Source: Vicugna vicugna
Taxonomy: Eukaryota
DNA: 64,000 bases
Direction: 5' to 3'
NCBI GenBank assembly: GCA_013265495.1
Contig: MU058781.1
Location: forward strand, 7,545,009-7,609,008
The position numbers and the translations under genes are program-made. A model generated the notes under the pieces. That model did no database searches. It was not told the origin of the DNA and worked only from the letters and a program-made list of their open reading frames with translations. Every line of letters begins with the position of its first letter. Positions within the stretch are counted from its first letter, which is position 1. Positions 27,344 through 41,149 of the stretch are shown piece after piece.

Positions 27344-28464
27344 GAGTAACAAGTATAAATTAAGTTCTGCTGATAAATGTATATGGAAGTATTTTTAATT
27401 CTTCCTTGCGAGTTATTGAATTTATATAATTTTTATTGAAACAATACTTTGTGAGTATTAAAACAGAAATTAGGACATGATCTGTATTTGAGTAAATTAT
27501 ATTTCAGTTCCTGGACAGAAAAAAACATGTTAAATTCTTTTCCATTAAAAAAAAATAAAACTCTTATGTAAAATAATTACTTAAGGAAGTAAAGTAGTTG
27601 GCTCAATAGTACAGAATATAGCTCTCTATTAACCTCATAAACTAGTTAAATATACATCAAAGAAAAATATGGATACAAAACAAAGACACTTTATTATATT
27701 ATAGAAGAGAATGCCTTCTCTACATCTTCTCTCAGATGAATTTTAAGAAACTGAGTGGGATTTAACCCGAAATTTTTTCTGGAACAACCACCAAGCACGT
27801 ACCGATAAATAACTTCTTTTTTAATGGTGCTTTTGCATAATCTGCAGCAAAGAGATCCATTTAAAGACTGTCTTTCTCATCAGAATATTGCATTCAAATC
27901 CAATGTCAAAAGGGCACATTCTTAACACAAGGCTGGAGTTATATACTATATACCTTCTTTGTTTCTTAAAAGAATTATATTTACGTATTTGCCACTTACA
28001 TCATCCCTGCTTTGAAAACAGGACTTAATGTGGTTGTTGCATGGATATCCAGATGTTCTTACTGAAACTTGGTTTCTGACCCAAAGATTTAATGAATACT
28101 CAGAACTCAAGATGGACTGTCATCAATATAAAAATTGCTTTTGAACTCAAAGTTTGCTGGAAAGTAAATTTTTTGTTACTTGGACCATGGACCACATTTT
28201 CATACAAAAGCATTGTAATAAATGCAGTTTAAGCTCCCTAGACGGCTCATAAAGCCCATTTGATCTAGGATATAACAGAGCTGCTTTAGACTTGCTATAA
28301 AATGTAATTGGCTATCCTGTATGTAAAATCAAAAGAGAAAGCTGAAGAATAAATTATGTTCATTACAAATGCTAACACTTGAGATATTAGATTTTATTTC
28401 AGAAAAATAATAGATTAGTTAGAACTTTGGGGAACTTCAGGGGGAACCTTAGAGCCTTCCAGAA

Positions 28465-29500
28465 ATTTATTTATTCAGTCATTACTCAGGGAGTCCCTGC
28501 TCTGAGCCAGGTATTATTCTAAGGACTTTAGGAGTAAACACGATAGATAAGGTTCCTAAAACCTCATCACAGTGGCAAAAACAAACACTACACAAGTAGA
28601 CAACAATAGAAACAAGAAATAATTTTGCATTGCTATGTAAGTTGCAAAGTCAATAAGCTATATGGCATGACAGAGTATAACTGGGGGTCACTGAAGACAG
28701 AGCAGAAAGATGACGATTAAACTTATTCTTAAAATATGAAATGGAAGAGACAAGCAATAAGAATTATAAAGAGAACGGATGATAACATAAAGGACCAGAA
28801 GTGAAAGGGGGCCAGTGTGGCTGTGGCTGAGTAGGAGGAGGCTGGTTTGGGATAACATGCAGATCAAGTGGCTCTCTGTAGGCCATGGGGAGTGATTTGT
28901 GTTGAAAGCAGTGAGAAGCCACTAAAACTAAGATATAAAGCCCTTAATCAAGGCAGTAATGCCGTCAGACTAGAAGACCACTTCTTACTGCAGGACCACT
29001 TACTCTTGAAAATATGTGGTGCTTGGATTACTTTTTTTATTTATATATTTTTCTCAAGCTGTATTCCCTATTCTCAGCTCCCTTTTACAGTCCTTACATT
29101 TTACAAATGTCAATGTTGGAGCCATATAGAGAAAAGAAACCAAGTCGGGTTAGGAGGCCCTTAACCACAATCCAAGGAAGATGCTGTGGTATATGAGTAC
29201 AAGGGTGGCAGTGGAGATGGAAGGAGGTAAGAGGATCTAGCGTACATTCCTTGGGCAGCAGGGAAGGTAGAAGCTAAAGATGACTCCCAGGTTTATTCCT
29301 CCAGCAACTAGGCAAATGGTAGTGCCCTTTAAAGTAGCTAAGGATTGATTCAGGAGGACTCGTTTAAGGAGATGGGGTGAGGAAGACGAATACTCTGGGA
29401 AATATTAATTCTGAGATGGCTATTAGACTCTCTAGAGCAAATGTCAGGCAGGCCATTGGATAAATTAGTCTGCAGCTTGGTAGAAAATTTGCATGTTTTG
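28465..29500 (-). mobile_element. L2 LINE
   Basis: ttattcagtcatt...gccaggtattattctaagg...ggcagtggagatggaagg...gatgactcccaggttt...ggtagtgccc...gagatggctattagac. Confidence 0.75.
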
Positions 29501-30109
29501 TTTCAGCCAGCATTGAGATCTTGCTGAGTGTGTATGGCGAATGGATAGCAATATATTATTAGTCCAAACTAGTAATTTTAGTGTAAAAAGTTGGTACTGG
29601 TATACTCAGGGACGGATGGCAAACAGTAGGTCTGTATGCTCAGCCATTTGATGGAGAGAGAAAAATGGTTGAACAGTTTGAAGTGAAATGTTTCCAGTGA
29701 TGAATAAGGAACCTAAATAAGGAAGTGGAGCAAAGGATCATGACAGGAAGTTTAAAAGTGGCATTAACATTGGATTTGATACCTGGGTCAGTCCAAAAAG
29801 CACTGCTTGGGGGCAGAGGGTATATGGAAAAGAATAGGTAATTGTAGAGTAGGACTGATGGCTTTCTTTTTTAAGTTTATTCAGGTTTATGGCTTTTTTT
29901 TTTTTTGGTATATGTGTATATACCAAAAAATGCCAGTCCTATGTTACCTGCATAATTAGATCATTTTTTATTTTTTAACAGAATGAAGAACATAAGGAAA
30001 ATGAGGGAAATGGTAGAAAGATATAGAAGAGAAAATAGAAATAGATAAAGTACAGATATTTTTAAAATGGGTTTCTGGGTAAAAAAAAAAAAAAGGTTGG
30101 GTTAGGGGA

Positions 30110-31535
30110 AAAAAAAGCTCCTAGAGAATAACAGATAGGTATGAGATAAAATAATACACATTTAACAAGACAGCTATTTGAACACAGCAGAAATCAACTA
30201 AGACCAACAGATTTAATGGGCTAAGATCTTAGAGAAAAGAAAAAGCCACCCAGTCGAGTCCTGTATTCAGCAAACTACTTTACACTTGGCTCACGTATGC
30301 GGAAAAGCCTAGAGCCTGAGCAGAAATCCTAGTGCATGTGGTGGGCTCACTAGCCTAGAGAGACAACAAATCGGCACCTGATGTTCAAGAAATCAAAGAT
30401 CCTAAGGAAAGGAGACGTACAGAGGAATTAGCTGTATGTTTTGTGTTCAGTTTTCTCTCAAGAAATTTGCCAGGCCCTGAGCTCCCTAGGCCGAGCGCAG
30501 GAGGTCAAGACATTGAACAAAAGCAGCTGAAAAGAGACTTACCTGACTCATAATTCAGAAGACACAAAACTTGGAATTGAAGACTCTCCATGAAGGGGAA
30601 ACTGCAGTGAAATCTCAGGCTTTCTTTTGAGACCTCTAGAGGGCTACACTGTGGGAGTAAGAGTAAATTAGAAATAGCAGAGCATCACAAAGCTGAAACT
30701 TAGCCTCGGATAATCTCAAATTCCCGATTTTATTCAAAAGGTTTTCTCATATCTGTTTGCTGCCAGAAGGTGATTAACTTCTCTCTGGAGGAAGATAACT
30801 TCAACCAGAGCACCTGTAATTTTTCATATACAATGTCTGACAGTCATTCTGGAATTACCAGGCTTGCCAATAAATGAGACCAAATGACAGAAAGCCAACA
30901 GAAAATTTACACAATGAAACGGATCTATGATGATGCAGTTATCCAAACCAGACTTTCAAATAACTGTGGTTAATATATTCAATGATAGCATTTTTTGAAA
31001 TATGGTAAATATCACAAGAGAATTGCAATATATAATAGAGGATCAAATGGAAATTCTAGAACTAAAAACATACCTAAAACTGATAATTCAAAAGATGAGT
31101 TTAACAGAAGAGAGAAAGAGAGAGGATAGGTGAATTGGAAGATAGAACTGTAGGAAATACCTAGATTGCAGTATTGAGAGAAAAAAAATTAAAACACAGA
31201 AAAGGACATGATACATATGGAAGCTGGTAATTCAGAGTAACATAATATGTGTTTGGAATCCCACATGAAAATGAGAGAGAGAGAAATGTGGAAAATATTA
31301 TTAGAAAAGATATTTTGAAGAACATTTCCAAGCCTATGAGACACGCAAGTCACAGGTCAAAGAAACATGGGGTGCAAAGAGGATACATGCAATCAAAAAA
31401 GAAAACACCTGTAGGCACATAAGAGTCAAACTGCTGATAGCAGAAGGCAAAAGGAAAAACTTAAAGCAGAAAAAAATACATTACCCTCAAAGTACTAACA
31501 GCCTTTTCAACAGAAATAGGAGAAGTCAGAGAAAA
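30110..31535 (+). mobile_element. Ancient L1 (L1M4/L1ME-type) 5' region and decayed ORF1
   Basis: A-rich ORF1-like text: atcaaatggaaattctagaactaaaa...ggtgaattggaagatag...gtcaaactgctga...aaaacttaaagcag...ttttcaacagaaa. Confidence 0.65.
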
Positions 31536-31537
31536 AG

Positions 31538-32013
31538 TTACAATTCATTTACCAGGGCTACTGTTACAAAGAACCACAACCTGACTAACTTAAAGAAACA
31601 GAGATGTATTGTCTCAGAGTTCTGAGGGCTGGAAATCCAGAATCAAGGTGTTAGCAGGGCGGCGATGTCCCCTCTGAAACTTGCAGGTGAGTACTTTCTT
31701 GACTGTCTCTGGTTTCTGGCGGCTGACTGGCTGGCAGTCTTGGAAACTCCAGGGATTACGGATGGATCACTGCATTCTCCCTGAGTTTCTTCACCTCATC
31801 TTCTCTATGTGTGTGTCTGCTCTGCCCAAATTTCCCTCTTTTATGAGAACACCAGTCATATTGCAGTAGAGCTCATCCTCATGATCTCATTTTACTCTGA
31901 CTAGCTCTAGCTCTATAAAGACCCTATTTCCAAAATAGGGTGACCGTTCTGAGGTGCTGGCAGTTAGGTCTTTCACATATATTTTGGGCAGACACAAACA
32001 ACCCACAGCAACA
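31538..32013 (-). mobile_element. MaLR solo LTR, MLT1B/C-like
   Basis: agggctactgttacaaagaaccacaac...tattgtctcagagttctg...aatcaaggtgttagcagggc...aaagaccctatttccaaa...gacacaaacaacccacagcaaca. Confidence 0.85.
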
Positions 32014-33184
32014 GTAAAATGCCCTGTTTGAGTCAGAAACTACAAAATCATCCTATCCTTGTGTAAAATGTAGGGTAAAGATAAAAACAAGTTTGATTCA
32101 TCTCAGGGAGAAGTAGTAATAGAGAGGAGTTTTAGACAAAACTCTTTTGTAGGCTTCATTCCAGAGTCAGTTGTTTAAAGCAGACTTGATGGGACCAAGG
32201 ACTGGACCAAAACCAAAAAGTACATAAACAACAGAACAGACAAAAGAGCAACACAGAAACAATAACAACAAACCATCGTGTGAACTCCCTTCATCTCAGA
32301 AGGATAATTGTACGTGTGATGATCATGACTCAGAAAGATTGGAAGGTGAAATTTTCCAAATACTCCTTAATAGCTATTGAAAAAGTGGAAAATGCATCTT
32401 ATAGCAATGTTTAAAGATAATCCCAGGTGACTTCGTAGATGTTGATTACTGCTTTGCAAGAATCATTCTCTCTGGTCTTCATTATTTGTCATTAGACATT
32501 TTAAAGAGTCTTTCTCTGTATGACTATTTCATTTCTAAAACCAAGAAATACATTACCCGTAAGATCATTTGTGAGGACCTTGTAAATATCCCTGTGCTTT
32601 TCCAGATATTCTAGAAAATGAAGCTCAACATTTCTTGCCTTTCTGATTTCAACTGCTTTTCAAACCCAGAAATGCACTATTTGCAGTAAAATGAGTAACT
32701 TCCTTAATTCTGTTATTTAAACAAAACAGTTTGGTTGCTCTTCCATGAGTGAAACTACCCTGATGTCTGAAGTGTCCAATTTTATCTGAGAAAATTAACA
32801 AAAATGGAAATTTCTTGTGCTTCGTATTTAAAATTTTTATGATAATCTAAAATTATCATTTGGATTCATGTATTCCAAAATAGGAAATATTAAATGAGTC
32901 ACATTTATATAATAAAAGACAACCTGAAGTAAATGCTTTGGCCTCAAGCAATAGCCTTCATCCTATTTTGAATACTAGGATTTTTCCAGTTGGGAATTAA
33001 TAAGAAATGCCTCTGATAACAAATTCCTTTAAGGTAAGAAAAAAAGAAAAAGAGAAAACAGAATGCCATTTTGTCTACTGTTCTCAAGGTGAGCACTGTG
33101 GGATAGGTCAAAACTAGAAGAGAAAAAAATTAGAGCTGAGTGCCTTTGCACTATATTCAGAAGGAATTAGTCTGAAAAACGAAC

Positions 33185-34793
33185 CTGTATTGAAGGAGAC
33201 GAACAAAGTTGGAGGACTGACACTACCCAACTTCAAGACTTATTGTGATGTCTTGGTATTGGTGAAACAGCGGACAAATAGATCAATGGGGCAGATTAGA
33301 GAGCCCAAATAGAGCCACATGAATACAGTCAACCAATCTGCGACAAACAAGCAAAGGCAACACAATGGAGGAAGGATAGTCTTTTCAAAAATTGTGGCAG
33401 AACAACTGGACATACAAGTGTGAAACAAGGAATCTAGACACAGACCTTGCATCATGCACAAAAATTAACATAAAGTGAGTCATAGACCTAACTGTAAAAT
33501 GCAGAGTCAAAAAACTCCTAGGAGGTTACATAGGAAAAGATCTAGATGACCTTGAGTTTGGTAATGAAATTTTAGATACAACCCCAAAAGCGTGATCCAT
33601 GAAAGAAATCATTGATGAATTGGTCTTAACATTTTTTTAAAAAATCTGATCCAGGAAAGACATTGTCAAGAGAATAAGATCAGATGTAGACTGGGAGAAA
33701 ATATTTGCAAAAGACATATCTGATAAAGGATTGTTAATCAAAATACACACAGATCTCTTGAAATTCTACTATTTAAAAAACCCAGTTAAAAAATGGGCAA
33801 ATGATCTGAGCAGACACCACACCAAAAAATATATATATATACAGATGGCAAATAAACATAGGAAAAGATGCTCCATATTATATGTCATTAGTGAATTGCA
33901 AATTAAAACAAATTATGACTACAGACTTATTACGATAATGAAAATCCAAAACACTGATAACACCAAATGCTGGCAAGGAAACTCTCATTCATTATCAGTG
34001 GAAATGCAAAATGGTACAGCCACTTTTAAAGACAGTGTGGCAGTTTTTTTTACAAAACTAACTGTATTCTTACCATGCAATCCAGCATTTGTGCTCCTTG
34101 GTATTTACCCAAATGCGTTGGAAAATTTTGTCCACACAAAACCCTGCACACAGATGATTATAGCAGCTTTATTCATCGTTGCCAAAACCTGAAAGCAACC
34201 AAGATGTCTTTCAGTAGGTGAATGGATAGATAAACTGTGCTACGTCCAGAAACTGGAATCTTTTACAGTGCTAAAAATACGTGAGGTATCCAGCCTTGAC
34301 AAGACATGCAGGAAACTTAAATGCATATTTCGCAGTGGAAGAAGCCCATCTGAAAATTCTACAGACTGTGATTCCAACTATATGACGTTCTGGAGAAGGC
34401 AAAACTATGAGACAGTAAAATGTTCGGTGGTTTCCAAATATTAGAGGGGAGGTAGAGTGAACAGGCAGAGGACAGAGGGCTTTTAAGGCAGTGAGACCAC
34501 TCTGTGTAGTATTAAAATGGTAGATATATGTCATTATGTATGTATCAAACCCCACAGAATGTACAACAGGACCAGCGAACTCTAATGTAAACTATGGACT
34601 TTGAGTGGTAACCACGTGTCAGTGTAGGCTCTGCGATTTTCACAAATGTATCACTGTGCTGCCCTATGGTGGTAGTGACGGTGGTTGTTGGGGAGGTGGG
34701 GTAGGAAGCCTATGGGGACGCTCTGTCTATTTTATACACGCTTTTGCTGTGGACCTAAAACCATTCTGAAAAATCAAGTCTAATGGAAAAAAA
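33185..34793 (+). mobile_element. L1MC1/L1MC2-like: decayed ORF2 C-terminal part and 3' UTR
   Basis: aaagttggaggactgacactacccaacttcaagactt...ttggtatttacccaaatg...aaacccacagaatgtacaac...ctaatgtaaactatggacttt...cctaaaaccattctgaaaaatcaagtct. Confidence 0.9.
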
Positions 34794-35329
34794 CAACCTT
34801 TAGTTTTGTCCTCTACATCTGGCTTCACCTAACAATCAGACGGGTCAGGCTTGTTTCTGAAACGCAAGGGTCAGAGTTGTTTCTCAAGCCCAGGTACCAA
34901 AGAAAGGAAGCAAAAGGCTGTTATTGCCAGTCACCAGCTTTCAGACAGTGTGTCAATCAAAATCAGTGTTGTCCTCTACTCAGTCAGCAGGCACCTCTCC
35001 TGTCTGCACTGGGCTTGGTAAAACCGTGTCTGACGTTGCACTGACTCCTCTCACAGCCCTGCCGTATCAATTCTCTGTATTTGTGGGTTTCGTTTTCAAC
35101 TCGTCCCTAAGCCTTTTTTAGATAACTTCTGGTTTATTCTGGTCTGTAGCTTTTATTCCTTTTATAGAGTGGACCAAAGGCAGAAATCAATAGGAAGAAA
35201 TACACAAGAGCATCTACAATAATTCTCTTTCGAATTATTTTTTCATACTTAAATTTCAAAAACATGGCATTGTGCCATACTCTAGATGATACATTGCAAC
35301 GAAGTATGGGTTAACAGTTCTGAGATTGT

Positions 35330-36585
35330 TTCACATGTACACTGGAATTGAACAATGAAATGAATATTAGCAGATGGTAGAAGCCAGGTTTCTCATTGTT
35401 GGAGTGAGAGTTAACAGGTGAACAAGGGGAAGAGGCTAGAATGATCGTGCAGAGTTGGAGGCATCAGTGCAGATTCATGTAGAGCTTAACATTGATATAG
35501 GTGGCTGCATGTAGAATACTTACAGATATGTATACATACAGGGTTTGGTTACATACATATATTTCTTTGCTTGGAAGCAACCAGTAGCAACAAACACAGG
35601 TAGCACCCAGATCTTGGTTTTTGATGGTATTCTCCAATAAAAAGAACCAGAGCTCCTGGAAGAAATGGTTATTTCTAGGACTGGGGACACGATGAGAAAG
35701 AGGAGTGTCTCATAGTGCCAGAAAGTCAAAGAGTGCTAAAAGCAAAACAAAGAAAACAAAATGCCCCACAATGATGAGACAACAGAAAGAGCTCTCAGTA
35801 CTGAAGCTGGAACACTTTGAGCAACAAAATAAATAAATAGCATCGGATCATAACCCAAAATATAAGATAATATTGATGAATCCATACTTATATCAATAAA
35901 TGACTCACTAAGTAAATAAATGGGGAAGAAGAGACAAATTTCCCATGCAGGAGAATTCCAAATAAATTATTTAACCACTCTGCCCTAGATGAGGGGATGG
36001 ATAACCTCCCAGTTCTTAAGTAGGGGGAAAGTGTAGTGACTTTCTTCCAAAAAGCAGAGAGGAGAAAGAAGGGGAAAAGGGTAGCTTTACAGGGGAGAAA
36101 CCTGACAAACCTATCTATCTACCTAGGCCGGGTGATCAAGACCAGTATCAACACTGATACTTCACGTCGATAGCACGTGCACTTGGTATGATGTGTTGCA
36201 AATGGCTCCTTACCTCTGTGGTCTTCCACCCAAACACCCGTAACCCCAGTCTAAGCATGAGAAAAGCAGCAGGCAAGTCCTAGTTGAGGGACATCTTACA
36301 ACAGACCTGAGCATCCTCCTTAGAAAGTGTCAAGGACATCAAAAACAGGGTGAGGATAAGCAGTTGCCACAGTCAGGAGGAGCCTAAACAGAAAACTAAA
36401 TGTAATGTGGCATTCTGGATGGGATCTTGAAATTAAAAAAAGAAAAGGGGCATTAGGCAAAAATGAAGAAAATGTGAATAAAGTATGGACTTTGGTTAAT
36501 AATAATGTACCTATATTGGTTCGTTAATGTAACAAACATAACCATACTAGTGTTGGATGTTAATAAGAGAAGAAACTGAAGCCAG
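35330..36585 (+). mobile_element. L1MD/L1MC3-like long 3' UTR fragment
   Basis: atgtacactggaattgaacaa...gtattctccaataaaaagaaccagagctcct...ggagaaacctgacaaac...taaatgtaatgtggcattctggatgggatc...gaataaagtatggactttggttaataat. Confidence 0.85.
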
Positions 36586-37139
36586 CACACCTTGGGAGTC
36601 TGAAGTGGCTCTTGCAATAGAGTGGTTTCAAAGAAAACCACAAAGCATGCCCCCAGAAAAATCGCCAAGAATGGTTACTTGGCAAGTAAACTTGTATTTG
36701 AGATTGTCTAGGTCATAGCACAACAGAAATTCTTAGAAATGGGGACAAATTCTCAGGAAACCTGAGCATAAACAAATGATAAAGCATTCGAGTGCAAACC
36801 TTGGACTCCCCAGGGTGAAGAAATTTCCTTGAATAAAGAACTGTGTTTCAAATCCATCTACATAGGGTGAATGAACCATTTGCCCACATGATTGAGCGGT
36901 TTTTCAACAAACACTGGTAATAAGTGTAATATTTCAGAGGATGGGGCAGGCCAGAGAATAGTAGAGATTCCTGGGAAATACTGAGCAATAGATGACAAAA
37001 ACCAACCCAGAATTGGGTGATCAGGCAGATGAGGAACACAGTTTTACAGCAAGGTGCGTATCTGACATGGGAAAAACCAATATCTGGGCATCCATAAGGG
37101 GAGGGAAAGTTGTTGGAGTTTCAGAAGTCACCTGAATTT

Positions 37140-37370
37140 AAGAACATAGCATCATGACTTACAGACCTGGATCCATTTTCTGTTTCTATCCTTCACCAGC
37201 TGTATGACTTTAGACGAATTACAGCAACTTTCCTAAGCCTTAATTTCATTGCCTGACGAATGGGAATAATAAGAATGCTTACCTCATAAGATTCTTGTGA
37301 GTATTAAATAACATATGGTTTCAAATGTTTTGAATAATGCTTGGCTCATATTTAATAAAGGACAGCTGCA
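37140..37370 (+). mobile_element. MIR SINE
   Basis: cagacctggatcc...ccagctgtatgacttt...ctaagccttaatttc...tgggaataataagaatgcttacctcataagattcttgtgagtattaaat. Confidence 0.8.
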
Positions 37371-37580
37371 ATTATTATAAATATGTTATCACTCATATCA
37401 TTTTTAGGAATGCCTGCAGGGGCCAACAGTATGTGAGGGAAGCACCTAAGACTGTCTGGCACAAAGTAGGGACGAGGTAAATGTTCTTGGATGCCTCTTC
37501 CTCAAATGGCGAAGGCTTGTCCATGTGATGTGGCAGATGGAGCTTTCAGCTTATTTTCTTGATGTCTGCCCTGGACTATC

Positions 37581-37810
37581 TACATGGTATTTGCACATCC
37601 ATTAGAGAGTTTTTCGTTTCCTCCCAGCTCATTTTTTTTTTCTTTTTTCTCTCCACTGACACCCAGGTCCAGCACTAATCATCACTGTTTGCCCTATACA
37701 TGGTATTTGCACATCCATTAGAGAGTTTTTCGTTTCCTCCCAGCTCATTTTTTTTTCTTTTTTCTCTCCACTGATACGTAAGTTCAGCACTAATCATCAC
37801 AGTTTACCAT
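37581..37810 (+). repeat. Tandem duplication, about 116-bp unit, 2 copies
   Basis: tacatggtatttgcacatccattagagag...cagcactaatcatcac starts at 37581 and again at 37697. Confidence 0.95.
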
Positions 37811-38179
37811 AGACTTTTAAACCCACAGTCATAGCAGTCCAAAAGTCTGCACTTAATTCTACAGTCTGTCTTTTTCCATAGAATCAGTTCTACTAAAAGG
37901 CATTTAAAGAGCATTATACACATGATATCACGTGTGCTTGTAAATCTTCTGGACAATGGTTATTTAATTTTTTATTAAGGAAAGAAGCCATAGTAGCCTG
38001 TAAAAATTCTTTGTTTTTAATTCTACTTCTAGATGTGATGGGTCTTAGAGAGATGATAAAATGGGAAGCTGATGATTTGCTGAAGTGCTCTCACTAGGGC
38101 AGAGGGTCACAGAAATGCATTTTAAACTCACAGAGCTAAAGTCCAAAGATTTGGGTCTGGTCCTAACTTAATAGCTATG

Positions 38180-38707
38180 TGTCTTGGGTCTGGGTTTGCC
38201 TGAAAGACAAAACTGAGATCATGTCTTATGTGAGGGAGTTGAGGTAGTTTACTGAGGACTGTGAAGGTAAAAAGCAAGCATACGGGGCAGAGGGAATGAA
38301 ATAGGAAAGTAGAGAAAGTCAACACAAGGAGATGTTACCAAGCTGGCAACAGAGAGGGTGAGTAGGATTTCATCCCACCAGCCTTCAGAGGAGCATCATG
38401 AAATGGGTTTCAGACTGTCCTTCCCACACAAAAGAGTGTAGCCTTTAACCACTGGCACCTGACACCCTTGTCTGTTAGCTCCTCTCCCCTTCTGGCTTGC
38501 ACATGTCTGAATGTTAGGTGGGTTCCCATGAGGTGTTTCCCACTTTGGCATCAGAGAAGTCCCAGGACAGACAGTGTGAGAGATACAGTCCAGGCCTACG
38601 GGAGGGCTTTGCCTGTGGCACCTGCATAAATCTGGGCAAATCCAGCATGGAAATGGTCACCGAAGCAATGGGTACATCTGAGTGATGGATAAGAGATGCC
38701 AAATACA
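38180..38707 (-). mobile_element. ERVL-class solo LTR (LTR16/LTR33-like) inserted into a MIR
   Basis: TG...CA ends (tgtcttgggtctgggttt ... gccaaataca), ctgagatc...ggtagtttactgagg motif, and MIR-like flanks on both sides (38130-38179; 38708-38770). Confidence 0.65.
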
Positions 38708-39324
38708 CTCTATAAAGTCGCTGTGTCATTTACCTTTTCCAGGCTTCAGTTTTTTCACCAATTAAATAAAACTTATTTTAACCCAGCAGCTAAACACGGA
38801 ACTCCATTGTTGAACAGGCACTGGTTTAGATGGTTGAACAAAACCTGGGTTTTCCTGCACAGATTCCATTTTTGCAATCTTATGCAACCCTCTTTAAAAA
38901 AAAAAAAAAGATGAAGATGAGCTGCATAGATTAAAGACAGACATGAAGCCCCAGTTTAGTCCCCCTTATCAGCCCCAAACCTAACATGGAAGGGATGCTG
39001 GAACTCAGAGGAACCCAAAATATAGATACGCTGATTGAATTGCCCGCTCAGTTTGCTCCACGATCTGCATATTCTGTGACTCTGTGTCACTCAGGATGAC
39101 TGGCTTCCAAAGGGCATGGAGAGCAAGCAGTTCTGGGACATGCGCCAGCTGCCATGGAGGCTGGCACATCTATCTCAGCACCTAACTCAGGAAGCACTGA
39201 GAGGCAGCTATGACTCAGGGTGTGATCTGCCAAATTCAAGAATGTTTCCTGAGTCACACTCATATGGTCCTTGAACCTGAACATCAGTGGAGCAGAAAAG
39301 TAAGTCCATTTCTTTAAGAGAGTG

Positions 39325-40332
39325 CTAAGCAAGACACAGAGTGGAAGAAGATACTTGCAATGCATTTATTTGACTAAGGACTGAATATCAAAATATAGAC
39401 AGAATTCTGACAAATCAATAAGAAAAATATAAGCAATCTCATGGGCAAAAATACTGGATGCCACAAAAAAGACATGCAAATGGCTGGTTGTGAAAGATGT
39501 TCAGCTTCACTGCTCATCCAAAAAAAAAAGCATATTAAAACCACAATGTGACTCTACTTTGTATCACCAGAATAACACAAATGAAGAAGACTGATAATAC
39601 CAGGTTTCGATGAGGCTGAAGAACAACCGGCATTTCCATACACATCAGTTCAGAGTGTAAATTGGCACTGCCGTTTTGTAAAAATGCTTGCAAGTATCTT
39701 CTAAAGCTGAATAGGCACATGTCGTGTGGCCCAGCAATTCTATTCCTAGATCTAGGAATGGAAGCAATGCGTACACCTGAGTGATGGATAAGAGGTGCCA
39801 AATACACTCTGTAAAGTCGCTTGGTCATTTAACTTTCCCAGGCTTCAGTTTTCCTTTGGAAACACATGAGTGTGTTTGTCAAAGAACATGAATGTTCGTA
39901 GCAACACCACTCACTATAGTACCGAATGGAAACAACCGAAATGTCCATCTGTTGTAAAAAGAATATGCCACAATGGGCTTAATGGGACAAATTCTCATCA
40001 TCAGCGAGAAAGGACAAACTGTAACTACATACAACATGGATGAATCTCACAAGTAAAATGTGGGGCAGACATAAAAGCATATATATTTTATTGTTCTATC
40101 TGTATAAAATTTTAGAACAGGAAAAAGTAATCTGTAATCTATGTTGGAAGTCAAGATGATGGTTACACTCGGGGAAGGAGTGACTGGAAGGGAGCCGAGG
40201 GGACTTTGGTGGTACTGCCGTTTCCTGTTTCTTCATTTGGATGCTGGTTACATGTATGCACTCACTTCATGAAAATTCATCAAACTGCCCACCTGTCATT
40301 TTTGCACTCGTATTTGCCTTTTATAACTTAAG
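39325..40332 (+). mobile_element. L1ME-like ORF2 end and 3' UTR, interrupted by a 92-bp local duplication
   Basis: gaagatacttgcaatgcat...caaatcaataagaaaa...cccagcaattctattcctag...aacatggatgaatctcac...gaaaattcatcaaactg. Confidence 0.85.
39761..39852 (+). repeat. Dispersed 92-bp direct copy of 38662-38753
   Basis: Ungapped alignment with 8 mismatches in 92 bp, offset 1099 bp. Confidence 0.95.
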
Positions 40333-40717
40333 ACGATTATGGACACATACAGTCATGCATGTGCACATACATACACACACAGAAATCAGTTCCCCAATTA
40401 GAAGATCTTCACTGAGGCGTTAAGTGCAAATCTTAAAATCACCGAGGGAGGGAACTTCACTATTTCTCAAATTAAAAATCTGCTCTGGACAAAAATTTAC
40501 AAGAGTCCTGAGAGATACAGATTTGATGGCTTAGATAGGAGAGTGTTATATGTTGTTGAAATAGTTAATTCGTTCAGTCACTGCAAGCAGTAAATACTGA
40601 TCTTTTTTGAGCTTTTGCTTTCCGTGAGGCATGATATGAGCTACTTAAAAATGAAATGAGCAAAACCCCTGTTTTCCCAGCGCTTACGGAGCTTTTGAGG
40701 AGTTAAGATATATATGC

Positions 40718-40866
40718 TATAGAGTCGATTTCAAGTGCTCTTAAAAGAAAAAGGATAACTGTCTGAAGAGATGACGTTAATTGGCTTGACTGTAGTAATC
40801 ATTTCACCATGTATATCAAATCATTATGTTGTGCACCTTAAATATATACCATTTTTTATTTAAAAA
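40718..40866 (+). mobile_element. Short L1MA-type 3' end nested in L2-like sequence
   Basis: gttaattggcttgactgtagtaatcatttcaccatgtatatcaaatcattatgttgtgcaccttaaatatatac. Confidence 0.8.
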
Positions 40867-41149
40867 GTAACATTAAAGGAAGAATGTAGTAGTCAGTATC
40901 ATAAGAGGTATGAAGAAAATATTGCAAGAGTTTAGAAATGGAAGGGGTCACTCATCTCAGAGACTCAAGGAAGTTTTTATGGTTGAGGGAGCATTTGAGT
41001 TATGCTTCTGTCAAAGTACGTTGAAGTTATCTCTGTGGAGACTGGTGAGCAGGACCAGGTAAGGACCACATCAAGACAGGAAGATGGCTGAACTGGGGAC
41101 AATGAGTCACTTGGTCCAGAGCCTCAGAGCTTTAGAGTGAGTAGATCCA

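Noticed and set aside
33731..34192. 153-aa ORF
   Set aside because: Lies within the L1MC element and is a mosaic of decayed ORF2 C-terminal frames, not a host gene.
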